Counted from the first letter of the stretch, positions 14,222-28,875 are shown. The stretch is DNA of 64,000 nucleotides from Octopus vulgaris (GCA_951406725.2 OX597814.1:78616001-78680000), one strand, 5' to 3'. Numbers and translations are program-made. Notes: generated by a model not told the origin, from the letters alone.

Positions 14222-14400
14222 TAGCACACCAGGCAAAAATGCTTAGCAGTATTTTGTCCATCTTTACGTTCTGAGTTCAAATACCACTCTGGTGGGCTTT
14301 GCCTATCAAAGGATGAAAGGCAAAGCCCACCAGAGTGGTATTTGAACTCAGAACGTAAAGATGGACAAAATACTGCTAAGCATTTTTGCCTGGTGTGCTA
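14222..14400. repeat. Perfect 83-bp inverted repeat (13-nt spacer) inside a minus-strand SINE
   Basis: 14222-14304 is the exact reverse complement of 14318-14400; the spacer is ATCAAAGGATGAA. Confidence 0.95.
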
Positions 14401-15250
14401 ACAATTCTTCCAGCTCTCTGCCTTACTACTAATGATAATAATCCTTTCTACTAAAGGCACAAGGCCTGAAATTTTGGGGGAGGGGACTAGTCGATCACAT
14501 CAAACCCCAGTGTTTTACTGTTACAGATTTATTAAAGAGAACCTTCGACAAATTGTATTCTGGCCTTGACCATCCTGTCTGATTTTTATATGTTTGATAC
14601 TACATTGATAAGTGGTACCTTTCTTTTCTTAAGATGGCAGGGATTGATTTGAGAAAGATTTGATTGCTATTTCTAGCAGGTTGTGTAACTATGTAAAGAC
14701 CTTTTTGTTGGCTCAGTTGTAGACTATAACAAAGTGTGATGTGATAAGAGAGTTATATCAATACCAGCAGTGTAAGGAATGTCTGTGTGGTTATTAAATG
14801 TGTTTCTCAATCACATGGCTTTGGGTTCCATCCTACTGCATGGCATCGCGCGTGCGTGTGTGTGTTGATGAAGCTAACAAACAGAAATCTGGATCTTGGC
14901 AGCCTTTGCCTGATGCTGATATTTCTGTATTTTTGTTTTTTTCCTAAAAACTCTAAATCTATAAGAGATACTTTTCTCAAGATGAGTATTGCAGTTTAAA
15001 AGGCTTTCAGCACATGCACACAGTATGTATAAAAATTGCTAATTTTGAAGTAATACTGCTTCCATGACTAATAATGAATGATGATGATGGTACAGGCATG
15101 GTTGTGTGGTAAGAAACTTGCTTCCCAACAACATGATTCTGGGTTCACTCTCACTGTGTGGCATCTTGGACAAGTGTCTTTTACTATATATAGCCTTGGG
15201 TTGACCAAAGCCTTCTGAGAGGAGTTCGTAAATGGAAACTGAAAGAAGCC

Positions 15251-15286
<36 letters not shown>

Positions 15287-16186
15287 GTGTGTGTGTGTAT
15301 CTTTCTGTCTGTGTTTGTCCCCCTACCACTGCTTAACAACCAATGTTGGTGTGTTTACGTCCCTGTGACCTAGCAGTTTGCAAAAAGAGACTAATAGAGT
15401 AAGTACCAGGCTCAGAAATAAAATAAGTACTGGGGTTGATTTATTCAACTAAAAAAAATTCTTCAGGCATGACTGCAGTCTAATGACCAGAACAAGTAAA
15501 ATATAGAAAAGATAAAAGATGATGAGAATGTTGACTCTGGATGGAAATCATTTCATCGTTATCTTAAATTTGGTTGGGATTTAGCTGCTGATAAAGGTTT
15601 CATTGTTACATTGAGCAGATTGAGTGGCTATGAAGGATGTCAGCCATTGGCCTAATATCAATATGTTTATGTTTTTATGAGATGGCGGGAGAGAAAAAGA
15701 AGATAGACAGATAGAATAATAAGTGGAGGTGGTGGTAGTGATGGTGATGGTGGTGGAGGTAGAACCATAAGGAAATAGTATTTGGATTCATCTGGGAGGT
15801 CTCTCAGGTCTCTTAAACCTGGAATGTCAGACTTGATCTAAGACACACCCCAGCAGGCTGTTTGTTGTGAAAGCTTAACCTTCCATTAAGACACCCTGTA
15901 ACTTAACTGATGTGTCTCATTTCTGTGTAAACTTCAGCTAACCACTGATTGCATATTATGACAAAAAAATAAAATCTCTTATTTCACGGGTCACCTTCAG
16001 ATTATGCATTTTCTTTTGATGTATGTGTGATGTGTATGTATGTATGTTTTATGTGTGTGAGTGTAATATGTACACACACACAAACACATCAATGTCTTTA
16101 TATATGTGTATATATATATATATGTATGTATGTCTTTATATATATATATGTATGTATGTATTTATATGTATATATATATATGTTTT

Positions 16187-16249
<63 letters not shown>

Positions 16250-18544
16250 TTATATGTATATATACATGCACAAACACACACACACACACACACACAAATA
16301 TAAGTCTGATAAGGCCAATGATTGGTGAAACTGTCACCACTTTTCAATGTGAAAATAAACACCACAGTCTTCCATTATGCATTGAATGTTTCTTCAGTTC
16401 ACATCTGATTGCCTTAATGTATATATTTATAAAATAAACACATACACCAACACACTTCATTATCATCATCATCACCACCAACATTTTATATCTGCTTTCC
16501 ATGCTGGCATGAGGTGAATGGATTATCATGGTCTTTGTGAGTTTTTATCAGGAGTTACTGTCCTCCCTGGCTGGTATTACTTGTTTGTTTCATTTTGGCT
16601 GGTTTCTATGGCCAGATACCCTTCCTACTACCAAAAATTTAACAGAATATACTGGGTAACATTTTTATCATGGCACCAGCATTAGAGAGCTTGTCCTAAC
16701 CTTGGCAAGACAAGACTAAAGAGTTCACTTGACCCTATGCTTTTTCCGCTTCTTCACTAATCAATTTGCCAAATTTACTAGGTGCATTTTATTAGGGCAC
16801 CAGCAGTAAGTTATTGTGAGACAACTCAGTGCTCACAACCTGCCAGGTGTGCAAAAGCTAACTTGGAGCCAGAAGTTCATGTCAATACCTAAGTCTCGAG
16901 CTATGGCCCTTGTATTCGGGAACTGCAGCCCTATCTTTTCATAGAGCCCTGTCTGCCTTTGTACTTCATTCTCAGTATTCAATACTAAACACATCCAATT
17001 GCATGTCCTGCTCCTGTTGTGGGAGAATACAACCTATCACGCATTGGTGATGACTCCCTTTAATTCCTCATTTGAAGGCATATGAAAACTCACTTTTTCT
17101 TTTCCCCCATACTCTTTTACCTGGAGTTTACCTGTATCTAATATCTCATTTTGGCTTCCAGCACTGGCAAACGATGAGCTGCTGCTATAGTCAATGTTGG
17201 TACTTTTGCTATTATCATTTAAGTTAGTACCTTCAATACTTTCCTTTAACTGTTTGACCTCTTTATCTGTTTGTTCAATTTTCATTTTTTTTTCTGTTTC
17301 GTCTATTTATTAAGGTGTCTCTGTGTCCGTATTATTATTATTTTTTTGGAAGGGTGGGGCACTCTTGATGGCTAGTGTTTCATCCTGCTATTATAGAGGT
17401 GATAATACTGAATCACAAATAGACAAAAATGAATAAAGATAAACCAGACTTGGTTTTATGCTAAAGATAGGAAATGAATGACACCACTTGTACGATGGTG
17501 ACATCTGTTTACAACCATCACATGGTACCAAGACAAGTATGCATGTGTCCTCGTTTGACATGAAATCACATGCTTGTTGTAAACGAATGTCATTGTCACA
17601 CAAGTTATGTCATTCATTTCCAATTATTAATGAAAAAAACATATCTGGCCATAGGGAAATATTACTGCTTGTTTAAGAAACAAGTGAGAGTTGGTGACAG
17701 GAAGGCTATTCTGCCATAGAACATTTGCCTGAATGAACTCCATCTGATCCATGCAAACATGGAAAAGTGGACATTAATGTAATGATTATGATGAAACCTT
17801 TTCAACTCCAGGTTTTGGGGCAAAATGTTTAAATGTTCCAAAATCTTTGTCGGTGAAAAGAAAACAAGAAATCAAAACAATTTCTAGCCCCTCTAAGTAA
17901 TCCCAGAAGAAATCACCTGCTGAGCAGCATTCTGTGTGAGTATGTCTTGATTTCCAAGTAAAACTCTTCATTCTATGCCCCAGTTCACTTAATGGAAAAA
18001 AAAGTTAATGGGCACATCATCACCCATTGATTGAAACACTGGTTATGAAAAATCAAGGTCAAGGTTATGGAAGCATGAATTATGTCTGCTGTTTATTAGT
18101 CTGTTTATTAAAAGGAAGTCAAGTAATGCCAATGACATTTGCAGGATTCCTCCAAACATAAGAAAAATTTCAATGGTTGTATCCATACAGTTAGTGTTAT
18201 GAATGTTTCATTGTAAGTTCAGTAAATTAGGGAAAAACAAGTGAGAGTGCTAGAAGTGATCAATGAAATTCTGAGAATAAAAAGTCTGACTGTCTGTGTT
18301 TGACAATAATTCATTCAATTTCATTCAGGTTGATCTAAGCATTAAGAAAGATTAAGTACACAAAAACTGCATAGAAAGCTAGCACACACACACACACACA
18401 CACTGGTTTGTCATTCACAAACCTTTGATTGACCTGGGGCTGTATATATTTGTCCAAAGCACTGTATAGTGGGACTGAACCCAAGAAACCATGGTTGGGA
18501 AACAAGCTTCTTAACCATAGAGCCATACTTTTGTGTGTCACCAA

Positions 18545-19150
18545 CACCGGCCACAACTACAATTTCACTTGACGAAGCTTCTGAAGCATAGAAAATTGCC
18601 AAAGGTCTCAGTCACTTGTCATCACCTCCATGAAACCCAACTTTCAAAGTGCATGTTTCACTATCTTGTCCTATGTCTTCCTGGGTCTATCTCATCTATG
18701 GGTTCCCTCCACAGTTAAAGATCGGCATTTCTTTACACAGCTGTCCTCATCCATATGTATCACATGACCATACCAGTCATTGCACACCACACATGATGCC
18801 TCTCATGTCCGATTTTTCTCTCAAGATGCTTACACTCTGTTGTACATGCACACTGACATTGCACATCTAGCTTCATTTCTTTCAAGCCTTTGCATGTCCT
18901 CTGTGGTCACCGCCCATGTTTCACTGCCATATAGCATGGCTGCTTGCACACAGCTATTATACAATCTACCTTTCACTCTGAGGGAGAAGCCCTTTGTTAC
19001 CAACAAAGTTAGAAACTTTCTGATCTTTGCCCAGCCTATTCTTATTCTTGCAACTATGCCCTCAGAGCATCTGCCTCTTCTGCTGACTTGAACACCTAGA
19101 TTAAAAATGATCTCAACTTCTAGGTATCCTCTCTGGCATTTGATGATGTC
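18545..19150 (-). mobile_element. RTE LINE 3' fragment
   Basis: The antisense ORF 18780-19091 closely parallels antisense ORF 57994-58305 of the RTE copy at 57.7-59.0 kb. Confidence 0.85.
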
Positions 19151-19152
19151 TG

Positions 19153-19188
<36 letters not shown>

Positions 19189-19661
19189 CATAAAAAGACA
19201 AGCATATCAGTGTATCATAAAAATATCATGTAGCATTCCTATCTGCATCAGTTGCTTCCCCTTTGCTAAGTTGAATTCAGTTTTCTCCTCTTCAAAGGGT
19301 AATAAAATAACATCCAGATTGAAACAAGAAACAAACCCAATATAATCAGCTAAAACCCTTGAAGGCAGAGCTCCAGCATGGCTGCAGTCCAATGACTGAA
19401 ACTAGTAAAAGAATAAAAGAATTGTTTTATAATTTCATGCAATACCTGTACTAACTGGAACTTTTAATCAATAGATCAATTATATAGCCAGAGATATCTC
19501 TTTGTTACAGGTAGGGTTTGGTGACTAAATGAGGGTAAATAGGGGACAGAGTGAGCTATGACAGCAAAGCCATGTTGAGTAGGTGAGAAGAGCAAGAATT
19601 TAGTGTGAGTAAAAGAGTGATTGAAGTGTGAGATTGGAGTGACAGTTCTTGAGTGCACAAA

Positions 19662-19715
<54 letters not shown>

Positions 19716-19886
19716 AGGGTAACAACAGCTGATGGGAGAGAAAAACTAACTGATGAATGGTAATAGATTGCAGTGGTGTGAGAGACAAAGTGATAAGTTG
19801 TAAGTTTAAAATGATGACTAGTGTTACATCTTTAATCTTTTATCGTTTCATTCATTGGATCGTGGCCATACAGGACATTGTGTGAA

Positions 19887-20107
19887 CCCTTTAGCATTCA
19901 AATTACTCTGCCAAATCATATGTTTATTTATTCACATCGTTTTGTATTAATCATGCATTACCTTATAGCTTTGACATTTTGATGATGTGACTATTTAGTT
20001 TTAGAATCACTTCCAAGGATAGGTGTGACAGGCCAGACATGGCCAGTTTGAACATAAGACAGATAGAATATTTTGGGCCAGATATGGCCAATTTAAATGC
20101 TAATGGG
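19887..20107. mobile_element. piggyBac-type MITE nested in a SINE
   Basis: CCCTTTAGCATT...AATGCTAATGGG with decayed TTAA-like flanks (TGAA/TCAA). Same family, opposite orientation, at 41742-41927. Confidence 0.75.
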
Positions 20108-20149
20108 TCAAAGGTTCAATTGCACAAACCAGCCCCAGTGCTTATTCTA

Positions 20150-20715
20150 TTGGGTTGTCCGGAAAGTTTGTGCTGATTTATAGCAGCTTACCTTTCGACT
20201 TATTTTAGAACATGGTTGAGTCCATAAAATAGGATTTGACTACACCTCCATTTAGAGCACAGTTTAAGCTATCTTTTCGTGGAAGAAGATTTATGTTTCT
20301 ATAACCCGTGTTGATTCTGTAACCCTTTAAAATGGAAGATAAGAAAGTTCCTTTTTGGCACTTGATGCTTTGGGAACCAGACAAAAATTGCTGCAGCTCG
20401 GCTGGGATGTGTTACCCCACCCTCCACATTCACCAGATGTGGCTCCTTCAGATTTCCACTTATTCAGGTCTTTGCAGAATAGTCTTAATGGTAAAAATTT
20501 CTATTCCTTGGATGATGTAAAAAGATACCTTGATGAATTCTTTGCCATGAAACCACCTCAATTCTGGGAAGAGGGTATTTTCAAGTTAAAGGAAAGATGG
20601 AGATGCATTGTACAACAAAATGGTTCATATTTGGTTGATTAAAAATGTAATGGCAAGTATTTATTGACCTTTTTCTTTCCTTTAAAAATCGGCACGAACT
20701 TTCCGGACAACCCAA
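20150..20715 (+). mobile_element. Internally deleted mariner (Tc1/mariner) element
   Basis: TIRs TTGGGTTGTCCGGAAAGTTTGTGCTGATTT / AAATCGGCACGAACTTTCCGGACAACCCAA with TA TSD. Transposase start MEDKKVPFWHLML is joined to C-terminus LGWDVLPHPPHSPDVAPSDFHLFRSLQ. Confidence 0.95.
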
Positions 20716-21187
20716 TATCAGTTTCTTTTGCTAAGCTACTAAGTTACAGGATGTAAACAAATCAACACTAGTTGTCAGACACAAAGCGGCACACACATAA
20801 AATAAATACAACGGAGCATTCACATAGTTTCCATCTACCAAATTCACTCACAAGGCATTACTTGGCCTGGGGCTATAGCAGAAGACAATTTCCCTAAGTG
20901 CTGTTCAGTGGAGTTGAACCCAAACCCACATGCTTGCAAAGTGAGGTTCTTATACTACACAGCCATGTCAATGCCTATTGAATTTTCAATTTTTTTCTTT
21001 TTGGAGTAGAACTTTTACCATTATTACCTCACTTCAACCAGCTGTCAGAGGTAGAAAATAATTTATCTTGGAATGTTATCTGCAATAGACTAGCATCCTA
21101 TCCTGGGACAATTTAACTCACATCTACTACACACAATGAAATCAGAGTCAAGTGCCAGCTTTTAAAAGGCTTGTTGAATGATGTATC

Positions 21188-21336
21188 TATACTAGCCATA
21201 CATAAGTAACTATACTAACCTTACATGTGTAACTATATTAACCTTACAAATGTAACTATACTAACCATGCATACATAACTATACTAACCATACATAAGTA
21301 ACTATACTAACCATATACATAACTATACTAACCATA
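21188..21336. repeat. Minisatellite, ~22-24 bp unit (TAACTATACTAACCATACATAAG-like), ~6 copies
   Basis: Direct reading of tandem units. Confidence 0.9.
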
Positions 21337-22651
21337 TTTTCAGAAGAGCAATGCAGATTTAATACATTCAATTCATTATATAAAAATAGAGCTACCAAAT
21401 CTACTATTAAATAAATGTATAATCTTTTGACTTTAGCTACTGCTATTTATGCTACTCTAAATTATATACTGCTACCCACCCATCATATACACACACACAA
21501 GCATATTAAGGGTGGGTATTTGGGTATTTCGAAAATGCCTCATGGAGTGATGACTCCATAGTTATGGGTTGCCCTTTGTCAAGGCAAAGTACCCGTTTAG
21601 CCCCCTGCCAGGATACAGTGAAGTCATGGGACAGCAGTATGACAGATTGTGATGAGGCAGCAGAAGAACTCAGCTCAGCCAACAGTGTTTCTTTCACTGA
21701 TGCTGAGCAGAGGAATCCTTAGAGGATCAATGGTCAGAACTGTCAAGCTCTATCAAGAGAGTAACTGCAATGCACCCACTGGAGTGCCAGCCTTGGTTGT
21801 GTAATCAGCTAATGAAAAATTCAGTGTGACTCAAGCTCCCAGTTCAAATATGAATACTAAAACTGGGTAGCAACAAAGAGTCATAGGAATCCGTGCAAGT
21901 AGAGAGAGAGAGAGGTGGGGAGAGGGAGAGAGAGAGGGAGAGAGGTATAGAGAGAGATTAAGAGCAAATTATAATGATTACTATCAAATCAGTGAGAATT
22001 CTTCATAAACAGCAATTAACACATAAATATCCATTCTGTCTGATATAGTCTCTGAAAACTACATTGTCACTATTTTAACCTCCACTTTTTCAAACTTGAA
22101 TAAAATTTATTAGGGTAGATTTTCTAGGGCCAGATGTCCTTCCTGTCATCAACCTATATCTGTTTCCAAGCAAGGTAATATATCCCCATGGCCAGGCAGG
22201 TTTATGCAGAATATTGCAAATGAATGACACTGCTTGTATGACAATGACACTCATTTACAACTATCATGCAATGTCAAGACAAAAAGAAACACACACATGC
22301 CAAATCTATTCCAAAGACTTTGGTTGGCTTGGGGCTATACTAGGAAATACTTGCCCAAGGTGCCACACAGTGAGATTGAACTCAAAACCATGTGGTTGGG
22401 TAGAAATCTATCTATCTAAATTTATCTATATCATCATCATCATCATTTAACAACCCTTCTTCTATGTTGGCATGGGTTGGACAAAGGTATACCTACCTAC
22501 TCACCCATGTTCTGGGTTCAAATGCCACCAAGGTTGACTTTGCCTTTCATCTTTTCAGGATCAATAAAATAAGTACCAGTTGAGTACTGGGGTTGATGTA
22601 ATCAACTTATCCCTTCCCTTAAAAATGCTGGTCTTGTGTCAAAATTTGAAA

Positions 22652-22694
<43 letters not shown>

Positions 22695-22696
<2 letters not shown>

Positions 22697-23035
22697 CGGG
22701 AAGCTTTATGAAAATAGACAAAAGACGAAGGCAGGTGGGAAACAAACAAACAATTGTATTAGTATGGCGCTCAGGAAATATAAATAAAACAAGTCTTTAA
22801 CGTTTCGAGCCTACGCTCTTCAACAGAAAGATACACAGAGAGAAAAAAAACACAGAAAGAAGGAGAGAAAAAAAATGCGTGCAGTAACTAACGAATCAAC
22901 ATGGCGATCTGATTTCGGCCAGAGGTCAAAGATCAAACATGAGACGCGAGAGCGAAATAAGGGGAGATAATAGGGTTGATAATAGGGTTGAATGACCAGC
23001 TATTAGTGCGTATGAGAGGTCTGGACGTGTGTGTG
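22695..23035 (-). mobile_element. Solo Penelope pseudo-LTR in (TA)n, hammerhead-like motif at 22794-22831
   Basis: Reverse complement of the 51010-51370 Penelope end. Confidence 0.85.
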
Positions 23036-23073
<38 letters not shown>

Positions 23074-25433
23074 CATGGGTATGGCTGTGTAGTTAGAAGC
23101 TTGCTCCCTAATCATATGGTCCTCGGTTTGACCCCCATTGCATGACACTTTGGCCAAGTATCTTCTGCTAATGCTCTGGGCTGACCAAAACCTTGAGAGT
23201 GGATTTGTTAGACAGAAATTGAAAGCATCCCCCTGTGTGTGTGTGTGTGTGTATTTTACTGTCACCTTGCCTTGACATTGTGTGATACTTGTAAACTAAT
23301 GTTACCATCATGGAAGCAGAGTCCTTCACTTGTTTTCAAAGTCTGGTCATGAGAAAATATTACCTTACTTGGGAACAAGTGAAAACAGGCAACAAGGAGG
23401 GCATCCAGCTGTAGAAAATCTGCCTCAACAACATTCTGTTCAACCCATGCAAGCATGGAAAAGTGGACGTTAAAGGATGAAGATGACAACGATGGTGATG
23501 ACAATGATGATGATGACAATGATGACAACAACGACAATGATGCTGCTGCCACTGATGATGGTGATGATGATGATGATGATCAAGATGATATATATATATA
23601 TATATATGCGTCAGCTGCAATAATTCATAACAACTATTTTGCTATAGCGATTCTAGATAAAGCACCAATTCATTAATCATTAGACTACTTCTGAAATATA
23701 TTGGCTAGAGTATACATAGATTTTTAAACCTAGGTGGAGGTGAAGGGAGAAAAATATTAAAAATAGCCTTTTTACCTAACTGGTGTCTCTTCAATTACAA
23801 ACATATGAGTACTGTAAACTAAATGGCAAGTTCCTGGCAAGCCAAGGCTACAGTGCAATTTCAAATCACTCTGATAATTTGTTTGATTAACAAAGGAAGA
23901 ATAAAAGCTGACTTAACCTTTGAAGGAATAATTCAAACTTATCTCCATCTCTAACCATCTGTTACTCTCCCCTCACTATCTTATGAAAGTATCAAGTCTC
24001 TCTTCTCACCTCATGGGGGGAGAAAGGGTGGATACTTTCCAAACAGTCTCTTGTGCTCATATTCCTGTACCTTGAGAATTTGTTCTGACACTCCATTGCT
24101 ATATTCTTTTATTTCCTTCCCAACTATTACCATTAGTATAAGGTAGTCATGTAGCTGGTCTATAGCAGGATACCTGTGTTTGCCCTTCTATAGCAGAACA
24201 CTTGTGTTTGTCCCTCTATCATACTTTAGCCACCTCTTCCTCTCCTGAATACTCCCACTACTACTAGTAGCAGAAGCTTTTCCTTTTTTTCCTGTTCTCC
24301 TTTTCTGTCTTGCAGGTTACTTAGCAACCTCACAGGAGTCAGTGTCACGTAAAAAGCACTCAGTATGCACTGTAAAGTGGTTGGTGTTATGAAGGGTATC
24401 CAACTGTAGAATCCATGCCAAAGCTGACACTTGAGCCTGGCATGACCCTACGGCTTGCCAGATCCTACCAAACTGTCCAAGCCATGCCAACAAGGTAAAC
24501 AAATGATGACGACAATGACAATGGTTGTAAAGAAGAACGTTCGAATACTGTAACATAATTTTTTTCCAATGTTACACGAATTCTCCTAATCCACTATCCA
24601 TTCAATATAAACTCACAGTATTAGAAGGCATAATGAATATAAATACCCATAAAAAAAAATTTTAATCTGTTATTCTGCTCATAACATTTTGCAATAATGA
24701 TATTCAGATTTGATGGAATGAAAATGAGAAAGAGATAATAATATATATGAATAAACAAAGAAAGAAACATACATACATACACACACACACTGATATACAT
24801 AGATACATACATACATAAACACGCATATATATATATGTATATCAATATACACATGCATCAATATATTACATATATAAAAAAATAGACATACATACATACA
24901 CACACACACACACATATATATATATACATACATATATATAGATACACGCACACACAAACATGCATATATACATACAAATATATATATACTTATATACATA
25001 CACACACACACACACACATACATGTGTATCTATATATGCATGTGTACATATGTATGTATATATGTATATGCATGTGTATATATGTATGTGTGTGTTAAGA
25101 AGAGGAAGCAAAATATTTGGCGCTTGGCCCAATGTTTATATACAAATTAGAAATTGAGTGCAGAGAGATCAACGATTGCAATAGGCAATAACAATAATAA
25201 TGTTGTTCATTTTCCATTTCAAGTAGAATGAAAGTAACAACTAAACAGCTAAATACTCACAAAAATTTAACAAAACAACAAACTCAATTTCTTTCACTCT
25301 CTTTCTCTCTCTCACAAACACACACACGCAATCTTTCTCTCTTTCTCACGTGTACATACACAAATATATATTAATATACTTTACTATAGTGTGATATTGT
25401 TTTCTAAAATATATTTTCATAAATATATATAAA

Positions 25434-25831
25434 CTAGCAGTATCGCCCGGCGTTGCTCGGGTTTGTAAGGGAAATAACTATATAAGCATTTTTAGAGAGT
25501 TATAACCAAAAAATAGCAAAAAAATTCATTAAAAATGGGGAAAAAATGATGGTAAATTTTTTTTAAATCGTTGACTCATCGTAGACATTTTTAGAGAGTT
25601 ACTTTCCTTATATAATAGCGAAAAAAATGCATTAAAATGGAAAAAAATGATGGTAAATTTTTTTTTAAATCGTAGACTCATCGTAGACGCACGCTAATAC
25701 CCAGAAGGGCTCGATATGAATCACGACTATAAGATACCCGGTTTTGGTTAAACTGCACCGCAAAATGTGGGAGTAGTTAGGAATCTAAATCGTAGGAGAC
25801 AGACACACAACTTGACTTTTATATATAAAGA
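25434..25831 (-). mobile_element. Non-autonomous Helitron
   Basis: Minus strand reads A|TCTTTATATATAAA...CCCGAGCAACGCCGGGCGATACTGCTAG|T: 5' TC, 3' hairpin plus CTAG, A/T target, no TSD. Confidence 0.85.
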
Positions 25832-27515
25832 TATACAGGCTCCCCATACACATTTCATATAAATATTAGTGTGTGTGTGTGTGTGTATTTTTACTTGTTT
25901 CAGTCATTTTGACTGGAGCCATGCTGGAGCACTGCCTTTTAGGCGAAGAAATCGACCTCTTTACTTATTCTTCGTAAGCCTGGTAATTATTCTATCAGTC
26001 TCTTCTGCTGAACCACTAGATTATGGGAATGTAAACATACCAACATTGATTGTCAAGCGATGGCGTGGTGGGGGACAAACAAACACACACACATGCATAT
26101 ATATATACAAGATTATTCGTGACCCATTGAGTCACTGGAAAAGTCTGAGTTTCCCAGCAACGGAGTTTTATTTCGTGGGCTTTTCTTTTCTTTTCCAGGT
26201 TATTTCACATGCTTTCAATGAATGTGACATTGAAATCATGTGTAAACAATTCCTTTCCTCAGAAAAGGGAAGATTTGGCTGCTATTTCTTGCACACACTT
26301 CTACTACATAACAGGTATTTCAGGTCCTTTATCGCAAATAGCTGTCACGTGGTAGCAGAGCGTACTAGAAATAGTAGCCAAATCTTTGGTGGTGAGATAC
26401 GTTGAATGCACTCGAAAAACCTGTGGAAAAAATTATTTCACACCGAGGTTACGAAGGGGTCTTTTAGAAAATATTTACCATATTTTTAAAGTCATTTTCA
26501 CTTTAAAATATTAAAATAATAAACAAAAAAACATTAAAATATTGTGTGTTTAAAGAAAGCTAAAATATAAATACTTACTGTACAAACAACATACATTCTT
26601 GAAATCATATTCACTTAAAAATATTTCTAAATGATTAAAATATTGTGTTTAGTAAAAGCCAAAAATAGAAACAATTACTGTAAAAAACAAATCATATTTG
26701 CTTGCTGTCAAGCCACAGTGTCTAATCGAAAGGTAAGACATTCTTCCCTTTCTTGATTAAATTACTTTTGGAATATTTTCCCATTATGCACCATTTTGAA
26801 AACCACTAATATCTCCACAACCACATGTCCGATTTATGCAAAATTTGTTTTGTTCTGTTTGTATTTACATTTCAGGGGAAACTAAATTCATAGTATTTTC
26901 TCATTATGAGCCAGTTTGGCTGGGTAACATTGCAAGCATGAAAGCAAGATTCAAGCTGACTTTAATGTATTATATATATATATATATATATGTGTGAACA
27001 GCTTCTTTCAGCTTCCGTCTACCAAATCCACTTACATGGCTTTGGTTGGCCTGAGGCTATAGCAGACGACAATTGGTGCCGTGCAGTGGAACCGAATCCA
27101 GAACCACATTGTTGGGAAGCAAGCATTTTACCACACAGTCACTCCTATATTTGACTGCAGCTATGCTGGAGCACCACCATTATTCAAGCAAATCGACCCC
27201 TGAAATTATTTTTGTAAGCTTATTCTATCGGGCTCTGTTGCCGAAACTCTAAGTTACGGGGACATGAACACACCAGCATTGGTTGTCAAGTGACGTTGGG
27301 TGGACAAACACAGACACATAAATATATACACATAAATACATATATTTGACAAGCTTCTTTCAGTTTCCATCTACAAAATCCACTCACAAGGCTTTGGTTG
27401 GCCCAAGGCTACAGTAGAAATCACTTGTCCAAGGTGCCACACAGTGAGAGTGAACCCGGAACCATGTGGTTGGTAAGCAAGCTACTTACCACACACTCAC
27501 TCCTGCAACTAAAAG

Positions 27516-27546
<31 letters not shown>

Positions 27547-28494
27547 ATATATATATATATATATATATGTTGTGTGTTTATATGCATATATATTATACAT
27601 TACAACCACCATGCATGTATAATTACATATATATATATCTATCTATCTATATGTATGTATGTATGTTTGTATACAAGCATATCATCATCGTCATCGTTTA
27701 ACGTCTGCTTTCCATGCAGGCAGGGGTTGGACGATTTGACTGAGGACTGGTGAGCCAGATGGCTGCACCAGGGACCAATCTGATCTGGCAGAGTTTCTAC
27801 AGCTGGATGCCCTTCCTAACGCCAACCATTCAGAGATAGTAGTGGGTGCTTTTACGTGCCACTGGTACAAGGGCCAATGAGGTGGTACAGGCAACGGCCA
27901 TGCTCAAATGGTGTTTTTTTATGTGCCACGCGCACTGGAGCCAGTCCAGCGGCACTGCCAATGACCTTGCCAGAATATTTTTTTCATGGACCACCAGCAC
28001 AAGTGCCAGTAAGGTCTGCTGGTAATGATTATGCTTGAAAGGTGCTTTTTACATGCACAGTAGCCAGTCAACTGCCCTGGCAATGATCATGCTTGGATGG
28101 TGCTCTTAGTGCTCCACTAGCATGGATGCCAGTGATGTGGTACTGTCATCGTATTTGATTTCTATTTCACTTGCCTCAACAGGTCTTCACAAGCAGAGTT
28201 TAGTGTCCAGTGAAGAAAAAGGTACGCATAAATGAGCTGGTTACACCGCTGGCATAGGCCAGAAGTTATGATCTCATATGTATGCCAGTGGCACGTAAAA
28301 AGCACCCACTACACTCATGGAGTGGCTGGGGTTGGGAAGGGCATCCAGCTGTAGAAACACTGCCAGATCAGACTGGAGCCTGGTGCAGTCTCCTGGCTTC
28401 CCAGACCTCGGTCGAACGGTCCAACCCATGCTAGCATGGAAAGCGGACGTTAAACGATGATGATGATGATTTATATAAAATATATATATATATA

Positions 28495-28875
28495 GTGATG
28501 TAAATATGCCATTTGAATATGGCTAACCCCTAAGGGTGGATGCTACTGTAGATTTTAGCCCCAGGAAGACATCTCCTCCAGCTGGCTATAGACACACTTT
28601 CTGTGACCTATCAGTATTTGCAAAGGGAAGCCATCCTTCCCGTCTTCAACTTATGATACACACGGACCCGAGTTTCAAGGTATTGACCTATCATCAGCGT
28701 GTGACAATCACAGTTGTCGATAGGAAGGAGGTTATCTTTACAAATACATATACTTTTTCCAGTGTTCAGTGACACTGATATTGAAAAAGTGAAATCAAAC
28801 AATGATAAATATCAGAGTGAGTTATCAACAGTAGCAGAAACACATCGTGATATAAATATGCCATTTGAATATGGC

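Noticed and set aside
20355-20642. Domesticated SETMAR-like gene
   Set aside because: Lies between intact TIRs with a TA TSD, lacks most of the transposase and has no SET domain or splice context.
21540-21900. Possible HDV-like ribozyme / LINE 5' UTR (also ~16830-17010 and ~42340-42830)
   Set aside because: Resembles RTE 5' regions, but I could not assemble P1-P4 pairings by eye; needs a descriptor search.
25869-26405. 178-aa ORF
   Set aside because: Composite of antisense SINE, microsatellite and other repeat sequence; no domain-like signal.
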